Source: Octopus sinensis
Lineage: Eukaryota
Assembly (NCBI RefSeq): GCF_006345805.1
Contig: NC_043023.1
Location: 2,170,001-2,234,000, forward strand
Direction of reading: 5' to 3'
DNA length: 64,000 nt
Positions 12,706 through 24,234 of this stretch are shown one piece after another (position 1 is the stretch's first letter; every line of letters begins with the position of its first letter). Made by a program: the position numbers and the translations under genes. The notes under the pieces are model-generated. The model had not been told where the DNA came from. It saw only the letters and a program-made list of their open reading frames with translations, and made no database searches.

Positions 12706-12924
12706 TAATAATGATAATAGTAATAATAATAATAACAATAATGATAATAATAATAATTATAATAATCATCATCATTTAACGTCCGGTTTCCATGCTAGCA
12801 TGGGTTGGACTATAATGATGATGATGATATGGTGGTGATGATGGCGATGATGATGATGATGATGATGATATTTATGGTGGTGGTGGTGGTGGTGGTGGTG
12901 GTGGTGATGATGATAAAAATTCTT

Positions 12925-13135
12925 TCTACTATAGGCACAAGGGCTAAACTTTTTTGGGAAGGGATAGGTCAGTTAATTTGACCCCAGTGTTTCACTGGCA
13001 CTTAATTTATCGACCCCAAAAGAATGAAATCCAAAGTTAACCTCAGTAGAATTTGAACTCAGAACATAAAGAAATAGACGAAATGCCACTAAGTATTTTA
13101 CCCAGCATGCTAACAATTCTGCCAGCTTGCCACCT
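12925..13135 (-). mobile_element. Diverged family B-like SINE (similar relics at ~7607-7700, 8630-8835, 55850-56062)
   Basis: GAATTTGAACTCAGAAC..GCTAACAATTCTGCCAGC motifs. Confidence 0.65.
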
Positions 13136-13150
13136 TAATGATGATGATGA

Positions 13151-13620
13151 TCATCATCGTTTAACGTCCGTTCTCCATGCTAGCATGGGTTGGACGGTTC
13201 GACCGGGGATCTGGGAAGCCAGAAGGCTGCACCAGGCTCCGGTCTTATCTGGCAATGTTTCTACAGCTGGATGCCCTTCCTAACGCCAACCACTCCGTGA
13301 GTGTAGTGGGTGCTTTTTACGTGCCACCTGCACTGGTGCCAGGCGAGGCTGGTATCGGCCACGGTCGGATTGGTGTATTTTATGTGCCACCGGCATGGAA
13401 GCCAGTTGAGGCGGCACTGGCTTCGGCCACGATTCAGATGGTGCTTTTTACGTGCCACCGACACGGAAGCCAGTCGAGGCGGCGCTGGCATCGGCCACGA
13501 TTCGGATAGTGCTTTTTACGTACCACCAGTCCAGGGGTCCTGGCATCTGCCGGGTGCCAGTCATAGGATTGGTTCAATTTCGATTCCGATTTCACTTGCC
13601 CCAACAGGTCTTCGCAAGCA
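13151..13620 (-). mobile_element. Non-autonomous retroposon with RTE-like (GAT)n tail and internal GGTGGCACGTAAAAAGCACC repeats (family D)
   Basis: The minus strand ends GTCCAACCCATGCTAGCATGGAGAACGGACGTTAAACGATGATG, including the 14-bp palindrome CCATGCTAGCATGG at 13175-13188. It also contains GGTTGGCGTTAGGAAGGGCATCC. Confidence 0.7.
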
Positions 13621-14111
13621 AACATCTACATACATACATGCATACCCATACAAACACACCAAACATGCTTAACTACAACAAAAGGAAGCAATTACATTGA
13701 TATGCACAAATAGTTATACATCCCTGAAAATACAAGCAAATATCACATTCACTCATGAAACATCCCCTATTGATATACGTGCAGACATGTGTACATAAGT
13801 CTGTGGATGTATGTCCATATGTGTGTGTGTTTTTATACTTGTGTGTTACAGATACATGCAAACTTCAGATAGCCAGGTACATCCACACACATCAGATAGC
13901 CTCTCACACATAAACAGTAAACATGAACACACAGACACACATGCATGCATACACATATATGCACATGCATAAATGCAGAGTATACACACTCACACACATA
14001 TATTAGCTTCATACACACTCATTTACTTGCTCACGCACATATGCCAGGTTCTCAGTTATCCCCCTTGCTACCCATGCCTCAAATTACCTCACACAATTGC
14101 CCACCTTGCTA

Positions 14112-14483
14112 CTCATGCCTCTAGCAACCTCTTCTTCTTCAAGTCATTTCAGTATGCGGTGACCATCTTATTGAGACATATTTGTTCTCATGCCTCTAGC
14201 AACCTCTTCTTCTTCAAGTCATTTCAGTATGCGGTGACCATCTTATTGAGACATATTTGTTCTCATGCCTCTAGCAACCTCTTCTTCTTCAAGTCATTTC
14301 AGTATGCGGTGACCATCTTATTGAGACATATTTGTTCTCATGCCTCTAGCAACCTCTTCTTCTTCAAGTCATTTCAGTATGCGGTGACCATCTTATTGAG
14401 ACATATTTGTTCTCATGCCTCTAGCAACCTCTTCTTCTTCAAGTCATTTCAGTATGCGGTGACCATCTTATTGAGACATATTT
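14112..14483. repeat. 75-bp tandem repeat, ~5 identical copies
   Basis: The unit CTCATGCCTCTAGCAACCTCTTC..GAGACATATTTGTT starts at 14112, 14187, 14262, 14337 and 14412. Confidence 0.95.
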
Positions 14484-15033
14484 CTTGTTTTCCCATCTTT
14501 TCTATCTCACCTCATCTATTTTTCCTTTAGAAGAGCATATACTAGAAACATAGAAGACTTTCCCTTCTATTTTTCCTGAGCGTAAACCTAATATACAGTT
14601 TTCTTTTAATCTCATCATGATGCTTTATACTTTTGAACCATTTTATATAAATATATTTGTATCATCATATTGGATGCTGGTTGTTGAGTAGGTCATCAAG
14701 GTATTATCTCATCTGTTTATACCTGTTTAAAATTTTACCTGAAGACAGTGGAATTATGCTATGATGTAATCCATGAATACATCAATAAAATTCTACTGAA
14801 ATAGCTGGAATAAGTTTTAAACCCCATTTGCATTCTTCTTCTTCTCTGTGTTTGTGTGCATGCATGCATGTGTGTATGTACAGATGAATTAATACATACA
14901 TATACATCTGCAAATACACTTTCACACATACATCATATACATTAACATATATACACATACCTTCACAGATATGCATATATACACAAACACACATACACTC
15001 CTGTAGACACACACACATGTGTAAAGATATCCT

Positions 15034-15072
<39 letters not shown>

Positions 15073-15988
15073 CATACACACACACACACACACACATCTG
15101 CGAATACATATGAACATACATCCATACATGTATGTGCAGACACATACATTCACACACACTTATACACACACACATACATAGATGCATATGCATGCATATA
15201 TATTTATACATACACACACTCTCTCACAAATACACATAGACATACATGTCCACATATCCATACATATACAAAAATACACACACATATGATTGATTGATTG
15301 ATTCTAGTTTCAGCTTATGGGCTGTGGCCATGCTGGGGCATATACACATACTTACACCCATACTTATATATACACACACACAAATATATGCATACACAAA
15401 AACCTACACACATGCATACATATGTGTATATATATGTACACATACACACATAAACACACATACACATATATATACATACACACTCACACATGCGTACATA
15501 TATCCACATACATATACAAACATACACTTACAGGCATACACCCATACAGAACATACATACACATACATGCATGGGCACACACACAAACATACATATGCAC
15601 ACGCAAACGCATACACATACATGCAAAGGTATACAAAGTTACACACACACACACACACACACACACACTCATACACACACACACACACATACACACACAC
15701 ACACACTCATACACACACACACACACACTCATACACACACACACACACACTCATACACACACACACACACTCATACACACACACACACTCATACACACAC
15801 ACACACACTCATACCACCACACACACTCATACACACACACCACACTCATACACACACCACACTCATACACACACACACACACACTCATACCACACACACA
15901 CACCACACTCATACACACACACACACACCACACACTCATACACACACACACACATACACACACACACACATACACACACACACACACA

Positions 15989-16019
<31 letters not shown>

Positions 16020-16027
16020 TCATACAC

Positions 16028-16061
<34 letters not shown>

Positions 16062-16379
16062 TCATACACACATACACATTAAATGAAGTAGATATAAAAG
16101 CTGAAATGACAAAAGCAAGAATGGCAACAGGCCCCGCTCAAAAAGTATAGGGTCTGGGAATTACAAGGGCCTGGTGCATGCTGGGATATGGAATGGAGGG
16201 TGTAGGGGGTAGCAGGATTGGGGGGGGGGGTCTGTGAGTTGTTTTAGTTCAATATTAAACCTGGTTGACAACATAAAGATATTCCCTTCTGAGAGATAAT
16301 GGTGGTGGTTTATGGTTGGGGGAGAGGTGGGAGTAGATGATGAGAGAGAGGAAGAAGGATTGGTTTAATGACGGGGGGG

Positions 16380-17290
16380 GGGGGGGGGAGAAATAAGGAG
16401 AGTGCGTGGGGAGATAGAGAGGGGGAGAGAATGTTTGTGTGTGTGTTAGATAGAGAGGGGGAAAAGAGAAGTGTGATAGAGATGGAAGGGAGAGAGAGGG
16501 AGACAGATTGGTTTAATGGGGGGAGATAAGGAGAGTGTGTGGGGGTGATAGAGAGGGGGAGAGAAAGTTTGTGTGTGTGTATGATAGAGAGGGGGAAAAG
16601 AGAAAGTGTGATAGAGATGGAAGGGAGAGAGAGGGAGAAAGATTGGTTTAATGGGGGATAAGGAGAGTGTGTGGGGGTGATAGAGAGGGGGAGAGAAAGT
16701 TTGTGTGTGTGTTAGATAGAGAGGGGGAAAGAAAGTGTGATAGAGATGGAAGGGAGAGAGAGGGAGAAAGATTGGTTTAATGGGGGGAGATAAGGAGAGT
16801 GTGTGGGGGTGATAGAGAGGGGGAGAGAAAGTTTGTGTGTGTGTAAGATAGAGAGGGGGAAAGAGAAAGGAGGAGAGATAGATAGAGGGGGTGAGAGAAA
16901 GGAAGAAAGATTGGTTTGAAGAGGGGGAGAGAGGAGAGGGTGTGTGTGGGTGACAGAGAGAGGAGAGAAAGTTTGTGTGTGTGTGTATGATATAGAGGGG
17001 GGGAAGTGAAAGTGTATGCGATAGAGGTGGAAGAGAGAAAGGGAGAGAGGGTGGGAGAAAGGAAGAAAGATTGGTTTAGAGTGGGAGGGAGAAAAGGAGA
17101 GGGTGTGTTTGATAGAAAAAGAGGGTGAGAGGGGAAGAAAGATTGATAGAGAGATGGGGAGAGAAAGTTTGTGTGTGTGTGTGTGATAGAGATGGAAGAG
17201 AGAAAGGGAGAGAGAGGGGTGAGAGAGAGGAAGAGAGATTGGTTTAGAGTGGGAGAGAGAGAAAAGGAGAGTGTGTGTGTGATAGACAAG
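16380..17290 (+). repeat. Purine-rich minisatellite, ~132-bp period, decaying rightward
   Basis: The GTTTGTGTGTG anchor recurs at ~16433, 16567, 16699 and 16831. Confidence 0.75.
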
Positions 17291-17451
17291 GGGTGAGAGA
17301 ATGGAATATTGTTTTCAGCTTCCGTCTACCAAATCCACTCACAAGGCTTTCGTCAATCCGAGGTTATAGTAGAAGGCACTTGCCCAAGGTGTCACACAGT
17401 GGACTGAATCCAGAACCACGCCTATGCCTATATATATATATATATATAAAT

Positions 17452-17499
<48 letters not shown>

Positions 17500-17534
17500 G
17501 AAAGAATGGAGTCGAACGAAGATGTTAACAAAAT

Positions 17535-17630
17535 TCCTTTACTCCCGACATATGTTTCGAAGACCACATGGTTTCATTCCAAAGGAATAAAGGTGTATGA
17601 TGCAATCTTCTCATCAGGAAAGAAAGGGAG
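17535..17630 (-). ncRNA. Type I hammerhead ribozyme
   Basis: Minus strand reads CUUUC-CUGAUGA-GAAGAUUGCAU...AUGUGGUCUUC-GAAAC-AUAU-GUC-GGGAG. The core is intact, stem II is GAAGA/UCUUC, stem III is minimal with a palindromic loop, and stem I is CUUUC/GGGAG plus CCUUU/AAAGG. Predicted cleavage is between 17547 and 17546. Confidence 0.85.
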
Positions 17631-17900
17631 CCTCTCTCAACAACAAGACAAACAAAAATTTCGATGACTGCCTACATGGTAAACAAAACGACAATAAGTG
17701 ATTTTTAAAAAAAAACCGTTAGAAGAATTGATGTCAAAGTTAGATAATAGGAAGAGAAGGGTTAAAGGAATGATAGGTTGGGAACCAGTGGAAAGGGAAG
17801 GGTATGTTGATTAAGAATGTTCTAAGGCTTAGGAAAGAATTTCACTATTGAAGTGGAGTGTATGTTAAGCTAATTGTTCAAAGCACGATGGCTATCATAA

Positions 17901-18947
17901 TCATTTGTAAGAGTAAAAAGTATGTTTCTGCCAGTGCTTACATTTATAGGATTTCTCTATGAGTGTGTTTACAAGGGGAACCTTAGAGAAGAGGATATGG
18001 AAGAGCTCAGAGTTGCACATGTTACAAAATCTCCTGCCCTTGTCAAAAGGTAAGGATACAGACAGTATGAACCAATCTAACTTGAAATCTATAGTATTGT
18101 CTTTAAGATGCCAAACTAATTTACTTAGCCCTGTACTATGTCGTTTTTTACTATCCCTGAATGTTGAATAGTGGTTTGAAATTCTCTTGGATAACTGGGA
18201 AGAGGACGCTCCTATATAGAAGAAGACATCGGTACCAGAGGAGATTCTACACTGGTAAATAATATTCTCGATCTTAGAATTACTAGACAAAAATCTAATT
18301 CTGTTGGGGTTGTCCTCCGAGATCGAAACGAAGTTTTTATTGCTATGATTGTTGTTACTATTATTATTAGCGCTAGCAGCTCCACTATTCGTATTATTGT
18401 TAGTATTATTAATGGTAATACAATCATTAATTTCTCCGTTATTGTTATCACTATCAACATTACCATTGCTATTAACACGACTGATACTATTATTAATATT
18501 ATCATTGTTAACAATATCGCTACTATCATTGCTATTAATATTAATACTAATCCTATTAGTATGACTGTATGATGGGTTGGAATTAGTAAGATTTATGTTG
18601 GAACTCCAGGGTGAAGAATCTCTATTTATCAGCTTGGTATTGTGAGAAGATATAATTTGTGAAAGATTTCTAGTGTTAGAGAAGGCGATTCTTACTATGT
18701 GGGAATTGATAGTAGAATAATATCTAGAATTTCTGGGAAAGTTCCTAGCGACGGCTTCACGGAACTGTAAGGGAAGGTTCGATTTAATTTGTTTACCGAA
18801 AGGTATTACAAACCAGATACAGTTCTTAGTGGCCTTTGACTTGTACGTAGAGTTATTTGTGAAAGTAAGGGGAAAATTACTGGGTTGAAAATTTGGGGTT
18901 GAACGGTGCTTACTTCCCTTGGTCCGTAAAGAATTTATATTTTGCAT
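17901..18947 (-). CDS. GIY-YIG endonuclease protein of a Penelope-like element (348 aa), no reverse transcriptase domain
   Basis: The C-terminus IIYQC..YIGAS..KRISNH..STGLSKLVWHLKD..W.IL..CNMCNSE..LVN..KCKH fits the PLE GIY-YIG pattern (Y,YIG,R,H,E,N plus CxxC and CxH). The N-terminal CIWFVIPF..FPRNSRY..INSHIVRIAFSNTRNLSQIISSHN resembles the post-RT region of Neptune-type PLEs. An Asn-rich linker lies between. The frame stays open a few codons upstream of the ATG, so the true start is uncertain. Confidence 0.8.
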   Translation of the reverse strand: MQNINSLRTKGSKHRSTPNFQPSNFPLTFTNNSTYKSKATKNCIWFVIPFGKQIKSNLPLQFREAVARNFPRNSRYYSTINSHIVRIAFSNTRNLSQIISSHNTKLINRDSSPWSSNINLTNSNPSYSHTNRISININSNDSSDIVNNDNINNSISRVNSNGNVDSDNNNGEINDCITINNTNNNTNSGAASANNNSNNNHSNKNFVSISEDNPNRIRFLSSNSKIENIIYQCRISSGTDVFFYIGASSSQLSKRISNHYSTFRDSKKRHSTGLSKLVWHLKDNTIDFKLDWFILSVSLPFDKGRRFCNMCNSELFHILFSKVPLVNTLIEKSYKCKHWQKHTFYSYK

Positions 18948-18974
18948 AGTGTTGCTGGCACTATTAGAATTAAA

Positions 18975-19110
18975 ACCGATGCTGGTGTGTTTACATCCCC
19001 GTAACTTAGCAGTTCGGCAAAAGAGACCGATAGGATAAGTCCTGGGGTCGATTTGCTCGACTAAATGCAGTGCTCCAGCATGGCCACAATCAAATGATTG
19101 AAACGATAAA
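18975..19110 (+). mobile_element. Family A SINE, tail half only
   Basis: ACCGATGCTGGTGTGTTTAC..GACTAAATGCAGTGCTCCAGCATGG. It bounds the 5' end of the PLE ORF. Confidence 0.75.
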
Positions 19111-19446
19111 AGTGTAATGAGTATATGTATATATATATATATATATTAGAAATAATGAATTTCTAAATGTCTCAAAGAGACATGAGCACTGGTTGTATAA
19201 GGTCAACATAATGTGACAGTCCCGAAGAGGGAATCACACCACTGCTATATAGCCCTAGGAAGCATCAACGCTTCCTGACGGTTTGACACATTTCCTGTGT
19301 CCTTATATTTGCAAAGGGGAGGCAATGCGTATATAAGGACAGGAAATGTGTCAAGGCCGACAGGAAGCGTAGATGCTTCCTAGGGCTAAACAGCAGTGGT
19401 GTAATTCCCTTACGGGACTGTCACATTATGTTGACAGTATACAACC

Positions 19447-19482
<36 letters not shown>

Positions 19483-19893
19483 TAATCCAAACATGAAAAC
19501 ACAAAGAGAAAACACAACACCACGAGGACATGGAACAAGTATAGTGTTATTGGATGCTCTTATGTATATGTATGTATATATATATATATGCTCACTTACA
19601 CACACACACACACACACACAGATTATTTATTTATGGGAGAAGATGGTGCACAGTGTGTCTGGCTGTAGCTGATCAGTTCTTGTTGGAAGGTCTCGTTGCA
19701 AGTCGGGCACTGGTGGTCTGTTAGAACTGAAGACAAGGAGTTGGCTCTAAACCCATCCAGTTTGCAATTTTCTTTGTGCTCCTGCAAACTTGTTCTGTTT
19801 GTAGGATTGTGGCCCTTCTGTGGGTGCAACTTCACCAGGCTGGGCAATCTTGTACCTGCGATTGATCGATAAATAGATAGACATACATATATA

Positions 19894-20290
19894 CTCTTTT
19901 ACTTGTTTCAGTCATTTGACTGTGGCCATGCTGGAGCACCGCCTTTAGTCAAGCAAATCAACCCCTGGACTTATTCTTTGTAAGCCCAGTATTTATTCTA
20001 TCGGTCTGTTTTGCTGAACTGCTAAATTACAGGGACGTAAGCACACCAGCATCAGTTGTCAAGCGATGTTGGGGGAACAAACACAGACACACAAACATAT
20101 ACACACACACATACATATACATATATGCAATGGGCTTCTTTCAGTTTCCGTCTACCAAATCCACTCACAAGGCTTTGTTCGGCCCGAGGCTATAGTAGAA
20201 GACTCTTGCCCAAGGTGCCACGCAGTGGGACTGAACCCAGAACCATGTTGTTGGTAAGCAAGCTACTTACCACACAGCCACTCCTGCGCC
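19894..20290 (-). mobile_element. Family A SINE
   Basis: Full head and tail on the minus strand. Confidence 0.85.
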
Positions 20291-23200
20291 TATGATAGAT
20301 GGATAGATAGATACATTGATTAGATAGATAGATAGATATGAAGGTAGGTAGGTAGGTAGATAGATAGAGAAGATAGATAGATAGATAGATAGATAGATTT
20401 ATAGACATGCAGATAGATCGATAGATACGTAAAAAGATAGATAGATAGACATCATGACATGTAAACAGATAGCTAGCTAGATGCATAGATAGAGACAAGT
20501 TGGTAGACTAAACAGACAGAGGGAGAGAGAGTCAGAGATAGATAGAAACACAGATACAGTAACAGACAGGCAAGCAGACAGATGGAGTGATAGGTAGACA
20601 GACACAGCTGATAGACAGATAGGTTGACAGATAGAGAATTGGACAAATAGATAGATAGATGGATGAATAGACAGACAGACAGATAGATAGATAGATAGAG
20701 AATTAGACAAATAGATAGATAGATGGATGAATAGATAGACAGACAGACAGACAGATAAATAAATAGATAGATAGAGAGAGAGAGAGTCTGTTAGATAGAT
20801 AGATAGACAGCTATAAAAAGATAGCTAAACTGAAAAAAATAAAGACAGACGGACAGACAGAGAGATAAATAGATAGGAAGATATATAAATAGATAGATAG
20901 ATCAACAGATAGATAAACAACCAAATATAGACACAGATGAATGGACCGTCAGACAGATAAACAGGGAGACAAACTGATAGATAAATATATAGATGGATTG
21001 ACCAGCAAGTCAATAGACAGCCAGATGCAGATAGACAGATTCACAAATAGACCGACAGACATATATATCAGTTACTATTCCTACAAGATAGTTACATATT
21101 GTCTTTGAAATAAATTCGATTTAGTCTTTTCACGAAACACTGAACTCTAATAATATTACTGGAAATAGGCAAGCAAATCTGATTGGTCGATAGATGCCCG
21201 CAAGGCATGAGTTTATTGGTTAACCACTTTTTCTGTCGACCAATTGAAATGAATGCAGCTAAGCGTAAAAAAAAGTGTTATAATGAACGAACCACCGCAA
21301 AAAGGGGAAATAAAATGGTGTCGATAACAAGCTCGGGTTACTTTAAATTGGCAGGCGGAAGGGGTTAAAGGTTTTTTTGTTTTATTTTTATTTCCGTAAC
21401 TAGAGGAAAGTGATGTGATGGTTGTGGTAGTGGTGATGGTGTTAATGGGAATAGTGGTGGTGGTGGTGATGACCGTTGTGGTGATGGTTGTGGTGGTGGT
21501 GGTGATGATATGATGATGATGGTGGTAGTGGTAGTGGTGTTAATGGTGGTGGTGGTGGTGGTGGTGGTGTTAATGGGAATAGTGGTCGTAGTGGTGGAGG
21601 TGATGGTGGTAGTGTTGATGATGATGATGGTTGTGGTAGTGGTGGTGGTGGTGTTAATGGGAATAGTGGTCGTAGTGGTGGTGGTGGAGTAATGATGAAG
21701 ATGGTGGTAGTGGTGGAGGTGATGGTAGTAGTGATGATGATGATGATGGTTGTGGTAGTAGTGGTGATTGTGGTGGTGGTTGTGATAATGGGAATAGTGG
21801 TTGTAGTGGTGGTGGTGGTGGTGGAGTAATGATGAAGGTGGTTGTAGTGGTGGATGTGATGATGGTAGTGATGTTGATGATGATGATGATGATGGTTGTG
21901 GTAGTGGTGGTAGTGATGATGATGATGGCGGTTACAATGTTGATGATGATAATATATATGATGGTGGTGGTGGGTTTTGTTGTAGTGGGGAATGATGAGG
22001 GAAGGGGGGATGCTGAAGTGGAAGGGTACGGGGGTGGGGTAGAAAATGTAGCAGTAATTGAAAAGATATGAGAAGAGAATGGAGGAAAAGGATGAGAGCA
22101 GATGAAATGGTTGAAGAGGAGGAGAATTAAGGCTGAGGAAGAAGATGAAGATGAAGAGAAGGATGAGAAGAATGAAGGAAAGAAGAGGATGAATGTGTAG
22201 GACAATGGAAAGAGAATGAAGGAGGGAGACAATGAAAGAAGAGAAATGAGGGAGAAGAGGAGAATGAAAGAAAAAAGAAGAGGTAGTAGTAGTAGTAGTA
22301 GTGGTGGTGGTGGTAATAGTAGTAGTAGTTGTAGTAGTAGTAGAATTTGAAGAAGACGAAGAAAAATTAGAAGAAGGAGAAGAGAAGAAGGGTTGGATAA
22401 AGAATTAGGAGAAGAATTGGAAAAAGAAGAAAAATTTGATGTAGAAGAATGGGAAGAGGAGGAGGAAGAAGAACTGGAAAAGAAAGAATTGAAGAAGAAG
22501 AAGAAGGAAGAAGAATTGGAAAAAGAAGAAAACTCGATGTAGAAGAATTAAAAGAGGAGAAAGAAGAAGAACTGGAAAAGGAAAGAATTGAAGAAAGGGA
22601 AGAATAAGAAGAGTTGGAAAAAGAACAAGAAGGAGCAGAAGAAGAAGAATTAGAAGATGAAGCAGGGATGAGGAGAAGGAGAAGAATAAGAAGTGGATGA
22701 GGACAAAGAAATAAGGATGAAGAATAAGAGAAGAATTGGAAAAGGAAAGAAATGTGTAGAAATAAGGTACAGATATGGTGATGATGGTGGTGGTGGTGGT
22801 GGTGTGGTGATGGTGATAGTTGTTGTGGTGATGATGGTCGTTGTGGTGGTGGTCGTTGTGATAGTCGTTGTGGTGGTGGTGGTTGTGGTGATAGTCGTGG
22901 TGGTGGTGGTGATAGTTGTTGTGGTGATGATGGTCGTTGTGGTGGTGGTGGTGGTTGTGGTGATAGTCGTGGTGGTGGTGGTGATGATGGTTGTGGTGGT
23001 GGTGGTGGTGGTGATGGTGATGATGGTAGTGGTGGTGGTGATGGTGATGATGGTTGTGGTAGTGGTGGTGGTGGTGATGGTGGTTGTGGTGGTCTGTGGT
23101 TGTGATGATGGTCGTTGTGGTGGTGGTGATAGTGGTTGTGGTGGTGGTGGTGGTAGAAACTTATAGTTAGAGCAGCTGTAGGTATCATCGACACACCACC

Positions 23201-23683
23201 ACCACCACCACCACCACCAGTAATGATAACAACAACAACAATACCGGCAACAACAACAAAAGCTGGAAGCTCAGCATGTGGTGCCATAGTTCATTTTGAT
23301 TTATTACCAACATTTTCCAAAGCTATATTTCCAAAACACCACCACCAACAACAACAACAACAACAACACCAGCAATACCACTGCCACTTACACCACCACA
23401 ACCACCGCCAACACTACTAATAGTACTTTGGTCTCTATCATCGTTACAAGACTTAAATACTTAAGCAGACATGGTTAAGATATAATATATGTGATTCGTG
23501 GCTGTAATTTTCTTAACGACATATATATATACACACATACGCAGGTATATATGTGTGTATATATGTATGGATGGAAGAATGGATGGATGTATCAGTATGT
23601 GTGTGCATACATACAAACATTATTTGTCCATATACATATATGATATAATCGCACAAACATTTACAACACATGCATATACATAC

Positions 23684-23722
<39 letters not shown>

Positions 23723-23858
23723 CATGCACATATACATAGATATATACATATTTTGGTTTGTGTGTCTTTATATAAGCATCTGTTTAATTGCATTTTAACA
23801 GTCATATGCGATCATATATATACATATACATACACACGTATCTATCTATGTATCTATA

Positions 23859-23894
<36 letters not shown>

Positions 23895-23997
23895 ATGTAT
23901 GTTATGTATAGTGAGAGAGACAGGCAGCTAGATATATACACACATCTATCTATATCTATCTATTTGTCTGTTTATCTGCCTATCTCTCTCTCTTTCG

Positions 23998-24060
<63 letters not shown>

Positions 24061-24179
24061 CATACATACATATATATACATACATACATATATATATATA
24101 TACATACATATATACACACATATATACATACATATATACACACACACATATATATATATACATACATACATATATATAC

Positions 24180-24234
<55 letters not shown>

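Larger units (their letters stand above)
17491..18974 (-). mobile_element. Penelope-like element (Neptune-type), RT-less or 5'-truncated: GIY-YIG ORF, 3' UTR and hammerhead-bearing terminus ending at (TA)n
   Basis: On the minus strand, the ORF with PLE endonuclease motifs is followed by a hammerhead core about 280 bp after the stop. The terminus ...TTCGACTCCATTCTTTCATTTAT abuts (TA)n at about 17460-17490. The same terminus occurs at 6931/7304. The 5' side is bounded by a SINE tail at about 18975. Confidence 0.85.

Noticed and set aside
15294-16150. His/Thr-rich and Cys/Val-rich long ORFs here and at 9701, 10231, 23895, 45530, 48874, 54408 and similar
   Set aside because: They are translations of (CA)n/(TA)n microsatellites.
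22367-23287. Pro/His/Ser- and poly-Val ORFs here and at 24723, 47885-48813, 53769 and 58885
   Set aside because: Trinucleotide low-complexity tracts lack stops by composition. There are no domains or splice evidence.
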